Shown: one piece after another, positions 17,022-26,219 of the stretch
How positions within the stretch are numbered: the first letter of the stretch is position 1
Layout: each line of letters begins with the position of its first letter
Assembly: GCA_045631485.1 (NCBI GenBank)
Contig: JAZQUU010000022.1
Span: 11,298 to 75,297, forward strand
Direction of reading: 5' to 3'
Source of the DNA: Clostridia bacterium
GTDB lineage: Bacteria > Bacillota > Clostridia > UMGS1840
DNA: 64,000 nucleotides
The notes under the pieces: model-generated
Told to the model about the DNA's origin: nothing
Database searches by the model: none
Seen by the model: only the letters and a program-made list of their open reading frames with translations
Position numbers and translations under genes: made by a program

Positions 17022-18767
17022 TTATAAGCCTTCTTTCAATTCCTTAATTTTTGCAAGTAACGCTGCGGACAACTCCGTTTTACGAAGAGGTGTCATCACA
17101 TAAAAACCGTCTGCCACATCATAAACACGGCGAATCATATCCATACTGTATGAAACAGATGCTTCTATTACCTCATCCGCAGACATTTGTTTTAATTGTT
17201 CGATAAAAGCCAAAGGTATCTCAATTCCCGAAACCTCGTTATTTAAAAACAGTGCATTTTTCCAGCCTGCAATGGGTAAAATTCCCGCCAAAATATAGCA
17301 ATCAAGTTTCTCTTTGGCAAGGCGGTAATTTTCGGCTGCCTGTTTTGAGAAAATCGGTTGGGTGAAAAGCACCTTGGCTCCCGATTTGATTTTGGTTTTG
17401 GCACGGTTAAGCTCCGTGTCAAAATGCAGAGCATTCACATTTAAAGCACCGCAAACCGTGTAAGGATTCTCGGTAAAAACTTCCTGATTCAGATTGGAAA
17501 TCAAGTTAATCAATGTATAAGAATTAAACTGAAAAACGCCGCCGTCGCTACGGGAAATCGGGTCTCCCGTTACCACAAGCACATTATTCACCTGCTCAAT
17601 ATTGGCACCGATCAAAAGCCCTCTCATAGCAATATAATTTTTATCTCGGCAACAAAGGTGCGGCAACACCTCAATTCCCACTTCACGCTTGATTTTTGCA
17701 GCAAGCATCAAACTGTCTGCACGTGTACGAGCCAAAGGAGAATCTGCCACGGTAATCAAATGCGCACCGGATTGTTTCATTGTGCGGGAAGCTTCCATAA
17801 TAAAAGACACATCTGTATCCACGGGCGGGTCAATTTCCACGGCAAGCACCTTTTCCCCGCTTTCCAAAAGCTCCAGAAAACGATTTTTCTGCATCACTTT
17901 TTCGCTCTGCACAGAAACAGATACCGCTTCCGCATCGGGAATTTGTCCTTTTATCACTTCCTCCAGATGAATCGGTGTTGTACCGCAACAACCGCCAAGC
18001 ACACAAACGCCCAAAGATGCGATTGCCAAAAGTTTTTCACTGTAATAGGAAATATTATTGGAATACACCGTTCTTCCGTTCACCGCATGAGGATATCCTG
18101 CATTGGGCATCGCAGAAAATGAGGGGAACTCCGAAAGATTCAGTTGACTGATTAAGCGGTACAGATGAGCAGGCCCGCATTGACAGTTCAATCCAACAAT
18201 ATCCGCATCATACGATGCTTCTTTTAACAGATTTTTATAAAAATATCCTTTTTTGGTGTAACCGTCCTGAGAAACGCTGAACGACACCAAAACGGTTGCC
18301 TCGGGTTCTTTTTGGCGAAGGTATGAAATCACCGAGCCTAACACACCGTAATCCTGCAGCGTTTCAAACAGAAAGTTTTTAGCCCCCAAAGACAGGAACA
18401 CATCCACATTTCTGCGGTACTGCTCCTCACTGTCTTGCGCATCGATATAACCGATATCGCAAAACACTTTCACATCGGTATTCTTAGCGGCATCGCAGGC
18501 AATTCGGTAACCCTCTGCCAGGATTTCTGCAATTTTTTCATCATCTGCCAGAGAAGAATTCGCACCAAAGGTGTTTGTTTTGATGGCATTTACTCCCACA
18601 CGAATATATTCCCCGTGAATCTCGGATACACGCTCGGGATAACCGATATTGGCAAATTCACAAGGTTCGTCGGTTTGATATCGTTCGGAATAATAGGTTC
18701 CGAATGCACCGTCAAAATAAAAGGGTTTCTTCACAATGGCTTCCTTTCGGGAATTAAATTCCTTCAT
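17022..18767 (-). CDS. Bifunctional homocysteine S-methyltransferase / methylenetetrahydrofolate reductase (YitJ-like)
   Basis: 581 aa. The N-terminal Hcy-binding domain carries GLNCQCGP and GGCCGTTP Zn-Cys motifs. The C-terminal half is MetF-like. The start overlaps the ftsK stop by 14 nt. Confidence 0.8.
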   Translation of the reverse strand: MKEFNSRKEAIVKKPFYFDGAFGTYYSERYQTDEPCEFANIGYPERVSEIHGEYIRVGVNAIKTNTFGANSSLADDEKIAEILAEGYRIACDAAKNTDVKVFCDIGYIDAQDSEEQYRRNVDVFLSLGAKNFLFETLQDYGVLGSVISYLRQKEPEATVLVSFSVSQDGYTKKGYFYKNLLKEASYDADIVGLNCQCGPAHLYRLISQLNLSEFPSFSAMPNAGYPHAVNGRTVYSNNISYYSEKLLAIASLGVCVLGGCCGTTPIHLEEVIKGQIPDAEAVSVSVQSEKVMQKNRFLELLESGEKVLAVEIDPPVDTDVSFIMEASRTMKQSGAHLITVADSPLARTRADSLMLAAKIKREVGIEVLPHLCCRDKNYIAMRGLLIGANIEQVNNVLVVTGDPISRSDGGVFQFNSYTLINLISNLNQEVFTENPYTVCGALNVNALHFDTELNRAKTKIKSGAKVLFTQPIFSKQAAENYRLAKEKLDCYILAGILPIAGWKNALFLNNEVSGIEIPLAFIEQLKQMSADEVIEASVSYSMDMIRRVYDVADGFYVMTPLRKTELSAALLAKIKELKEGL

Positions 18768-21111
18768 TTAATTTCATTTCGTAATACTGTTCTTTGGTCA
18801 TCAGAACCTGTCTGGGTTTACTGCCCTCGGAGGGTCCCACAATGCCTCGTTCCTCCATCTGATCCACAATTCGTGCGGCTCTGGAATAACCAAGCTTGAA
18901 CCGACGCTGCAGTTTGGAAACAGAGGCTTCACCGAGTTCCACCACAAATTCAATACATTCAGGCAACATCTGGTCTGCATCGCCACCGTCCGCAGCGGGA
19001 GCGTGAGAATCTTTTGCACCGGCAGTTTCGATATGAGAAATCACATCGTCATCATAAGTAACTTCGGTGTTCTGCTTTAAGAAATCAACAATCTGTTCCA
19101 CTTCTTTATCGGTGATTAACGCACCCTGCACACGAATGGGTTTGGATTCTCCGATGGGAGCATAAAGCATATCCCCTTTTCCCAAAAGCTTTTCCGCACC
19201 GCCCATATCCAGAATGGTTCTGGAGTCAATCTGAGAGGATACCGCAAATGCAATTCTGGAAGGCATATTTGCTTTAATCAGACCGGTGATAACGTCAACA
19301 GAAGGACGCTGAGTTGCAATAATCAAATGCATTCCTGCCGCTCTGGCAAGCTGAGCAAGACGACAGATATATTCTTCCACTTCTTTGGGAGATGCCATCA
19401 TTAAATCGGCAAGCTCGTCCACAATGATAACGATTTTGGGAAGGGGATTTTCTCCGTTTGCCACCTGATGCTCATTATAGCTATCCAAATCACGAACATT
19501 TGCTTTTTCAAATAAGTTATAACGGTTAAGCATTTCCATAACCGCCCAGTTTAAAGCACCTGCCGCTTTTCTGGGGTCGGTTACAACGGGAATCAAAAGA
19601 TGAGGAATGCCGTTATAAACAGATAATTCCACCACTTTGGGGTCAATCATAATCATTTTTACTTCTTCGGGACTTGCTTTATACAAGATTGAAGTAATCA
19701 AGGAGTTAATGCACACACTCTTACCGGAACCGGTAGCCCCTGCAATCAAACAATGGGGCATTTTTGCAATGTCCCCAACCACAGTAGTACCTGCAATATC
19801 TTTCCCAACTGCAAAAGACACTTTGGATTTATGCTCCATAAATTCGGGGGATGCGATTACATCTCTTACAAACACGGGCATAACCTTCTGATTGGCAATT
19901 TCCACGCCGATAACCGTTTTTCCCGGAACGGGAGCAATACGAATACCTTTTGCCGCCATACGAAGAGCAATATCTTCGCTGAGTCCCAGAATTTTGGAGA
20001 TTTTAACTCCCACCTGAGGACGAATTTCATATCGGGTAACGGAAGGCCCTTCCTGAACGCTGACAACCTCTGCTTCCACGCCGAATTCCCGCAATGTGGT
20101 CACCAAACGGATTGCGTTTTCATTTAATTCTTCTTTGGATAACCCGGTGGGACGATTCACGCCCTTGTTTAAGAAATCTAAGGAAGGATAAATATATTCT
20201 TTCACTTCCTGCTCTTTTGCTTCGTTTAATTCCTGAGCAACCGATTCAATTTCCTGATTGCTGAGAGCCGGTTTTTTGTCGGCTTCCGCCTGCTTCGCAG
20301 GCTCCGGAGTGATTTCGGGAGCTTTCATCTGATCCTCAGGGGATGCAAATTTTTCGATAATCACATCTGCAGTTTCGGGCATTTCCATCTTGATGGGAAC
20401 ATCCAAAGTGATTTTTTCAATCTCTTTTTGAATCACGTCTGTGGAACGAACGGTATCCGCTTTTACGCCGGGCACACGGAACACTTTAGAGGTTTTTTCC
20501 TGACGAAAGTTTTTGCTGATCCAGGTGAAAATTTTGGTAAAAGCAACTGCAACAATCTCGTTGAACATGATAAACAAGCAGAAAAGCATTGCCAAAACAA
20601 CAAAGATATATGCTCCCACATTTCCCAAAATACTGCGGAAAAGAGAACCCAGATAAGTGCCGAACAGACCGCCGTTTAACCCGGTCTGTGCACCGGTAAC
20701 AATTTCTCCCCAATTGCTTAAGGAGAGGCCGGATACGCTAAGATTGCAAAGCACGTGGATTCCCATAGAAATAACGGGCATCAACACAAATGCGGTGATA
20801 ATTTTGCCGAATCCTTCTCCCGTTTTCAAGTGAATACATCCCAACACCACAATATACACGGTGATGAGCGGAATATAGTAAGCACCTTCGCCGAACAATG
20901 CGCAAAGGAGCCATTTGAACACATAACCGAGACCGCCTGCAACCGTGGTATATACGCTTAAGAACATATATATGAGAATTGCAACTGCACATAAAAGTTT
21001 AATCACAAAAGATACCTGGGGGTCCAGTTTTATTTTTTTAGACTTCTTATTCGGTGCAATCCGTGATACACGTTTTGCAGATTTTGATGTCTTTTTTTTC
21101 TTGATTGCCAT
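18754..21111 (-). CDS. ftsK: DNA translocase FtsK/SpoIIIE
   Basis: N-terminal TM segments, Walker A AGATGSGKS, and a C-terminal gamma wHTH (LQRRFKLGYSRAARIVDQME). Start placed at MAIKKKK (21111), which follows a GAAAGGA SD and clears the upstream uppP stop. Confidence 0.9.
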   Translation of the reverse strand: MAIKKKKTSKSAKRVSRIAPNKKSKKIKLDPQVSFVIKLLCAVAILIYMFLSVYTTVAGGLGYVFKWLLCALFGEGAYYIPLITVYIVVLGCIHLKTGEGFGKIITAFVLMPVISMGIHVLCNLSVSGLSLSNWGEIVTGAQTGLNGGLFGTYLGSLFRSILGNVGAYIFVVLAMLFCLFIMFNEIVAVAFTKIFTWISKNFRQEKTSKVFRVPGVKADTVRSTDVIQKEIEKITLDVPIKMEMPETADVIIEKFASPEDQMKAPEITPEPAKQAEADKKPALSNQEIESVAQELNEAKEQEVKEYIYPSLDFLNKGVNRPTGLSKEELNENAIRLVTTLREFGVEAEVVSVQEGPSVTRYEIRPQVGVKISKILGLSEDIALRMAAKGIRIAPVPGKTVIGVEIANQKVMPVFVRDVIASPEFMEHKSKVSFAVGKDIAGTTVVGDIAKMPHCLIAGATGSGKSVCINSLITSILYKASPEEVKMIMIDPKVVELSVYNGIPHLLIPVVTDPRKAAGALNWAVMEMLNRYNLFEKANVRDLDSYNEHQVANGENPLPKIVIIVDELADLMMASPKEVEEYICRLAQLARAAGMHLIIATQRPSVDVITGLIKANMPSRIAFAVSSQIDSRTILDMGGAEKLLGKGDMLYAPIGESKPIRVQGALITDKEVEQIVDFLKQNTEVTYDDDVISHIETAGAKDSHAPAADGGDADQMLPECIEFVVELGEASVSKLQRRFKLGYSRAARIVDQMEERGIVGPSEGSKPRQVLMTKEQYYEMKLNEGI

Positions 21112-21128
21112 AAGAAATATAATCCTTT

Positions 21129-22055
21129 CTATCCTCTCAGTTGAATCATCAGAATGATAATGCTCAGTAAAAAGCAGTAAATACCAAATCGTTTGCAATA
21201 GTTTCTGCGAACGGCCTTACGCATCAGGGAAATGGACACAACACCGCTGATAAACGCCGCCAACATTCCCAAAAGATACGGGAACCAGTTCATCATAATA
21301 CCATCCTGCAACACGGTAACCGTTTGCAGAATAATCTTTACTATCAACACGGGAATCGCGGATAAAAACGCATATTTCACCGCAAAATCTTTGCGGAAGT
21401 CTGCGAACAATCCCCCCAGTATTGTTAGGGCACATCGGGAAACACCGGGAATAATTGATGCCAACTGAAATGCACCGACAATGGCGCCTTTTTTCATGTC
21501 CTCAAAAGGCTTGCTGTCATCTTTGGGCGGAAGCATCGCCACTCGTTTTCTTCCCAAAGGCATCTCTTCTCCCGATTCGGTTTGTTCCGAATTTAAAACC
21601 TTCTTTTTGGTGCCGACCATATCAATCAGAATATCGGCAATCCCAGTGAGCAGCAAGGTGAATGCAATTACGGAAAGTCTGGAAAGATAGGTTTCCAGAA
21701 GCCCCATCAAAAACACCGCAGGAATCAAAAATGCGGTAGTTACCGCCAACATATAAAGAAGACGACGGTAAGAACGTTCGGTATGTATGGAAAACTGTTT
21801 GTGAAAGATTTCTTTCACGCAACATACCAGTTCCTGCCATAAGCGTTTGATATCCGACAAAAACACAAACAAGATGGCAAACAAGGTGCCTAAGCGAAGC
21901 AGAATATCAAAGGTCAGAGTGGGAGAAAAAAGCTCCACTCCGAATACAGTCTGATTAAAATTCTGTATCATTGCATGGTGACCGCCACCCGAAATGGGCA
22001 AAAACTCGGTGGCACCCTGCACAATACCGAAAAACAGGGCTACTAAAAGCTCCAT
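21129..22055 (-). CDS. uppP: Undecaprenyl-diphosphate phosphatase
   Basis: ATEFLPISGGGH and PGVSRCA motifs in a polytopic 308-aa ORF. It carries a charged loop (TKKKVLNSEQTESGEEMPLGRKR...) that seems longer than I recall for this family. Confidence 0.85.
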   Translation of the reverse strand: MELLVALFFGIVQGATEFLPISGGGHHAMIQNFNQTVFGVELFSPTLTFDILLRLGTLFAILFVFLSDIKRLWQELVCCVKEIFHKQFSIHTERSYRRLLYMLAVTTAFLIPAVFLMGLLETYLSRLSVIAFTLLLTGIADILIDMVGTKKKVLNSEQTESGEEMPLGRKRVAMLPPKDDSKPFEDMKKGAIVGAFQLASIIPGVSRCALTILGGLFADFRKDFAVKYAFLSAIPVLIVKIILQTVTVLQDGIMMNWFPYLLGMLAAFISGVVSISLMRKAVRRNYCKRFGIYCFLLSIIILMIQLRG

Positions 22056-22070
22056 GAATCTTTCTCCTTT

Positions 22071-22805
22071 TTATTTCACCTGATAGCGTGCTTTCATCTC
22101 ATTGCGTTTGCCGCAGCTCATACTACCTTCCGGGCAGGCACCGTTCACACATTTGGGACCCGCATGAGCAAAAATCACGGGAGCCACTTCCCGCACTTTC
22201 CATAAGATTGCATCCGCTAACGCCTGAATTTCCCATTGTGCACGGTTGCAGCAACGATGTTGGAAAAAGTTTAGCAAACTTCTTGCATTAAAGGTCATAA
22301 TCAGTTTGGTTTCGCAAGCGTTGGGAAGCACAAAACGGGCATCCTCAATAGCTTTTTTTCTGGCGGATTTTTCATCCATAGTCAAAACGTGCTTTTGATA
22401 TAACACATCGGTTAATTTTTCATAAGCTTCACCGATTTGCGCCATAGTTTGTAAATAAAGCGCGTGTGCATCGGGATTTTCAGAAATTTCGGGAGGAGTG
22501 ACAAATTCAAAATCTGCTTCCTCCACATAGCGCTGGGATTTTACGCTGTATGACGCCATTCTGTGACGGGTCAGTTGTGCCAGTAATGCACGGCTTACCC
22601 CCTCCACCGCAAAAGTGAAGGTAATATGCTCCAACGGGCTTTCGTGCCCCAAGGAGGTTAAATGCTCTAAAAATTTGGTGGTTTTTTCTTCGTCCAATTT
22701 ATCTAAAATGTTTTCGGCACCGCTGTTGGAATAACACATTTTGGCAGCAGCAGCCACCACTTTTTCGGGATTGGGAGTATGCGAAATTAAAATAACTTTT
22801 AACAT
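22071..22805 (-). CDS. thyX: FAD-dependent thymidylate synthase
   Basis: ThyX signature RHRMASYSVKSQRY. 244 aa. Confidence 0.9.
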   Translation of the reverse strand: MLKVILISHTPNPEKVVAAAAKMCYSNSGAENILDKLDEEKTTKFLEHLTSLGHESPLEHITFTFAVEGVSRALLAQLTRHRMASYSVKSQRYVEEADFEFVTPPEISENPDAHALYLQTMAQIGEAYEKLTDVLYQKHVLTMDEKSARKKAIEDARFVLPNACETKLIMTFNARSLLNFFQHRCCNRAQWEIQALADAILWKVREVAPVIFAHAGPKCVNGACPEGSMSCGKRNEMKARYQVK

Positions 22806-22821
22806 ACGAATTACGCTCCTT

Positions 22822-23547
22822 TTATTTCTTTCGTCTATGCTTCTCTAAAATAATCTGCCATAAGAATCTGGGAAGTGCCAGCATTCTTACAAAACGGCTT
22901 GGTTGCTTACACAAACGGTAAAACCATTCCAGATGCAATTTGATAAAGATATCGGGGGCACGTTTTACCACGCCTGCAAACACGTCCATACTGCCGCCGA
23001 TTCCCAAAAATGCAGTACCTTGGAATAAATGCTTGTTATCATAAATCCATTGTTCCTGCTTTTGGGCACCCAAACAAACAAACACCACCTGAGGCTTTGC
23101 CTGCGCAATTTTTTCACCGACGGGTTCTTTAAAATATCCGTTTTGAGTTCCCGCAATCTTGATTCCGGGATACTTTTTCAGAAGATTTTCCTTGGCTAAT
23201 GCACAAACCTCTTCTTTGGAACCAAACAGATAAAAGCTGATTCCCGCTTTACTGCCTTCTTCTAAAAGCTTGCAAGCAATATCATATCCTGCGGCACGTT
23301 CCTTGATGGGGGTTCCAAGCATTTTGGCACCTTTCACAACGCCAATGCCGTCTGCGGTTAAAATATCGGCAGAGTTTAAAAGGTTCATTAACGCTTCTTC
23401 TTTGCGAAATTGTTCTATAATTTCGGAGTTCGGTGTATAAACCACCGTATTTTCCCCCTGCTGAATACGGGAAATAATAGCGGAAACGATTTCCGACACG
23501 GTAGCATTGGAGATTTTTGCGCCAAGCACATCCACTTTTTCAAACAC
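22822..23547 (-). CDS. WecB/TagA/CpsF-family glycosyltransferase
   Basis: 241 aa. Length and motifs (ADGIGVV, GAQKQE.W) are typical of TagA-like ManNAc transferases. Confidence 0.7.
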   Translation of the reverse strand: MFEKVDVLGAKISNATVSEIVSAIISRIQQGENTVVYTPNSEIIEQFRKEEALMNLLNSADILTADGIGVVKGAKMLGTPIKERAAGYDIACKLLEEGSKAGISFYLFGSKEEVCALAKENLLKKYPGIKIAGTQNGYFKEPVGEKIAQAKPQVVFVCLGAQKQEQWIYDNKHLFQGTAFLGIGGSMDVFAGVVKRAPDIFIKLHLEWFYRLCKQPSRFVRMLALPRFLWQIILEKHRRKK

Positions 23548-23676
23548 GATACACCCTCCTCGTTTTTTTTTACATAATATAGTAATATATATTATAACAT
23601 TATATCAACGAAAAAGCAACCTTTATTTCTATTTTTTGCAAAAAGTTCAGGTTTTGGCAAATTGCGTCCAAATCCC

Positions 23677-23705
23677 TTGACTTTTCGCTTGTTTCATCTC
23701 ATAAT
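23677..23705 (+). promoter_or_regulatory. Candidate sigma-A promoter for the amidase/holin-like pair
   Basis: TTGACT, 17 nt, CATAAT. Confidence 0.45.
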
Positions 23706-23764
23706 GGCGTGGGACAAAAAAGGTCGCTCGTTTTCATAACAATCAAAAAAACGAGGTGTTTTTT

Positions 23765-24454
23765 ATGAAAATATGTATTGATGCAGGTCACAACGATTCC
23801 GGATGGGATACAGGCGCATCGGCAAACAATTTAAGAGAACAGGATGTGAACCATAAAATTGCCACTCACCTGAAAAATCAATTGGAGCGCTACGGCATCC
23901 GAGTGGTAATGACCAGAGAAAAACAAACACAAAACTTAGGCACTTCTCTAAACGGCAGTTTGAAAAAACGTGCCGAAATTTCCAACCGTGAACAATGCGA
24001 TTATTTCGTGTCTGTTCATTGCAATGCAGGTGGCGGAACGGGATGTGAAGTGTTGGTTTTAAAAAAAGGAGCTCAGGCAGAAAAGTTGGCAACTGCCGTG
24101 CTTTCGGAACTGACAAAGAAACTTCCCCTCCGTTCCCGCGGTGTGAAAGAGGCAAATCTCTTGGTCTTACGGGAAACCGATTGCCCCGCAATCCTGGTGG
24201 AAACAGCTTTTTTGGATCATCCGTCCGAAGCTTTGCTTTTACGCTCAAAGCAGGAAGAATTCGCATCGGCGATTGCCGCAGGGATTTTGCAGTTTTTAAA
24301 CATCACACCCACAGATGAAATATCCGCAATCAAACAAAAGCTTTCCGCAAAGTGGAAGCTTTCCGACGCCGAGGCGGTATTTTCGTTACTGGACCAACAT
24401 CCCTATCGCAAAGGCCTGTATGAAAAACTGTTAAAAAGCTATGAAAAGGAGTAA
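23765..24454 (+). CDS. N-acetylmuramoyl-L-alanine amidase (Amidase_3 type), no signal peptide
   Basis: Carries IDAGHN, VSVHCNAG and ETAFLD zinc/catalytic motifs. Start placed at the ATG at 23765, 6 nt after a GAGGTG SD. The ORF-track start at 23756 is a GTG inside that SD. Confidence 0.85.
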   Translation: MKICIDAGHNDSGWDTGASANNLREQDVNHKIATHLKNQLERYGIRVVMTREKQTQNLGTSLNGSLKKRAEISNREQCDYFVSVHCNAGGGTGCEVLVLKKGAQAEKLATAVLSELTKKLPLRSRGVKEANLLVLRETDCPAILVETAFLDHPSEALLLRSKQEEFASAIAAGILQFLNITPTDEISAIKQKLSAKWKLSDAEAVFSLLDQHPYRKGLYEKLLKSYEKE

Positions 24455-24457
24455 AGA

Positions 24458-24676
24458 ATGGACTTACAGACACTATTGGAACTTGTGATGGGACAGGGCG
24501 TGTTTGCCGCATTGTTTATCTGGTTGTTTTTCACCTATCAAAAGGAATCAAAAGAACGTGAAGAACGCCTGATGTCTATTGTGGATTCTCAAGCAGAGAA
24601 GCTGGAGAAAATTTCTTTGACCCTGGAAAAAATTTCCGAAGATATCAAATCTGTTACCAAAGAACAAGTTTCCTAA
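24458..24676 (+). CDS. BhlA/UviB-family holin-like peptide
   Basis: 72 aa with one N-terminal TM segment (GQGVFAALFIWLFFTY) followed by a charged coiled tail (KESKEREERL...). Closely parallels UviB/BhlA as I recall them. Confidence 0.7.
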   Translation: MDLQTLLELVMGQGVFAALFIWLFFTYQKESKEREERLMSIVDSQAEKLEKISLTLEKISEDIKSVTKEQVS

Positions 24677-24680
24677 CCGT

Positions 24681-24717
24681 AAAAAGGCGTACCGCAAAAT
24701 CGGCGGTGCGCCTTTTT
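24681..24717 (+). terminator. Intrinsic terminator after the holin-like gene
   Basis: GGCGTACCGC-aaaatcg-GCGGTGCGCC-TTTTT. Confidence 0.7.
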
Positions 24718-24723
24718 CATGTA

Positions 24724-24751
24724 TTGACTTTTTTGAGATATATGGTATAAT
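24724..24751 (+). promoter_or_regulatory. Candidate sigma-A promoter for mnmE
   Basis: TTGACT, 16 nt, TGgTATAAT (extended -10). Confidence 0.55.
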
Positions 24752-24787
24752 AAACTAACGAAATCAAGAAAACAAAGGAGTTTTCAG

Positions 24788-26134
24788 ATGTTTTACGATA
24801 CTATTGCAGCTCCTGCAACCAAAAATATACAAAGTGCCGTGTCCGTGATTCGCTTAAGCGGTGAAGAAGCCGTGAAAATCGGAGATGCTCTGTTTGGCAA
24901 TAAACTTTCAAAAGCTGCCGACAGAAGCTTGGTGTACGGCAAAATCCGTGATAAAGACGGCAACATTTTGGATGATTGTCTGGCGGTGAAAATGCTTGCT
25001 CCCAAGTCTTACACGGGAGAAGACACCGTGGAATTTTATTGCCACGGCGGAAAAACCGTGACCGAATGTGTAATGCGGGAATTACTGAAAAACGGTGCCC
25101 GTCTTGCCGAAAAGGGAGAGTTCACTAAGCGTGCCTTTTTAAACGGAAAAATGGACTTAACTCAGGCAGAAGCGGTAATCGATGCCATCGGTGCCGAAAC
25201 CAAATCTGCCCTCTTAATGGCGCAGGAAAACCTAGACGGGAAGCTCCGCCATAAAATTGACGGTTTAAGAAGCCGTATTATGACGGAAATTATGCATATT
25301 CTGGCAGGAAATGATTTCCCCGATGAAACGGGCGGTAATCATAACGACGTGATTTTATCCCGTCTGGAAGCAATTTTAGGTGACATTTCTTCCCTGCTTA
25401 CAAGCTACGATAAAGGAAAAATTTTAAAAGACGGGTTCACCGCCGCTATCTGCGGAAAGCCCAATGTTGGAAAATCATCCTTATTAAACGCCATTTTAGA
25501 AGAAGACCGTGCCATCGTGACCGATATTGCAGGAACTACTCGTGACGTTATCACCGAACGGATTGACATCGGCGGTTATATGATGAATCTTGCGGACACC
25601 GCAGGTCTTCGCGAAAGCTCCGATATTGTGGAGCAGGCGGGAATTTTAAAATCCTATCAGTATATTGAGCAGGTGGATTATATTCTCTATCTTGTGGATG
25701 CAAGCAAGGAATTGGATACCGAAGAAACGGAATATATCAAAAATCTGCCCTCTCATACGGTGGTAATTTACAACAAAACCGATTTAAAAGCCCCCAATGT
25801 CCCCGAAGATTTCGGCAAAAAAGTGTATTGCATCAGTGCCAAAAACAACGAGGGAGTATCCGAACTGCTGGACGGAATCAAAGAGGATATCGAAGCAAGA
25901 TTAGAGCAATCCGAATCGGAAGAAACCTTATTTTCCGAACGCCATTATCAGGCACTTTTGATGGCAGAGGAAAGCTTGCAACGAGCAATTTCCACTTTGA
26001 AAATGGATTTGGAACCCGACATTTGCTCCATCGACCTGGAAGATGCCGCAGCTTATTTGGGAGAAATCACAGGAACCACCGTAAACGATGAGGTTATCGA
26101 CAACATCTTTAAAAATTTCTGTATCGGAAAATAG
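24788..26134 (+). CDS. mnmE: tRNA modification GTPase MnmE
   Basis: G1 motif GKPNVGKSSLLN, a DTAG motif and the C-terminal CIGK tetrapeptide. 448 aa. Confidence 0.92.
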   Translation: MFYDTIAAPATKNIQSAVSVIRLSGEEAVKIGDALFGNKLSKAADRSLVYGKIRDKDGNILDDCLAVKMLAPKSYTGEDTVEFYCHGGKTVTECVMRELLKNGARLAEKGEFTKRAFLNGKMDLTQAEAVIDAIGAETKSALLMAQENLDGKLRHKIDGLRSRIMTEIMHILAGNDFPDETGGNHNDVILSRLEAILGDISSLLTSYDKGKILKDGFTAAICGKPNVGKSSLLNAILEEDRAIVTDIAGTTRDVITERIDIGGYMMNLADTAGLRESSDIVEQAGILKSYQYIEQVDYILYLVDASKELDTEETEYIKNLPSHTVVIYNKTDLKAPNVPEDFGKKVYCISAKNNEGVSELLDGIKEDIEARLEQSESEETLFSERHYQALLMAEESLQRAISTLKMDLEPDICSIDLEDAAAYLGEITGTTVNDEVIDNIFKNFCIGK

Positions 26135-26160
26135 TTTTTTGATACAAAAATCATAAAAAA

Positions 26161-26191
26161 TACATATCACCGAAGTTGTCCTTCATATCAT
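26161..26191 (+). promoter_or_regulatory. Possible sigma-E-like promoter for spmAB, embedded in the terminator hairpin
   Basis: tACATATC (-35-like) and CATATCAT (-10-like). The CATA-to-CATA distance is 21 nt. Confidence 0.3.
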
Positions 26192-26219
26192 AAACGGAAA
26201 GGAACTTCGGTGATTTTTT
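26166..26219 (+). terminator. mnmE intrinsic terminator abutting the spmA start codon
   Basis: ATCACCGAAGTT (26166-26177), 25-nt loop, AACTTCGGTGAT (26203-26214), TTTTT, then the ATG at 26220. Confidence 0.6.

Noticed and set aside
21112-21198. ORF-track N-terminal extensions of ftsK and of other genes (14449-14475, 28778-28795, 43834-43854, 45499-45573, 45593-45649, 23756-23764)
   Set aside because: The extensions lack SDs, overlap upstream genes or promoters, and add residues unrelated to the family. Internal starts with good SDs match the family N-termini.
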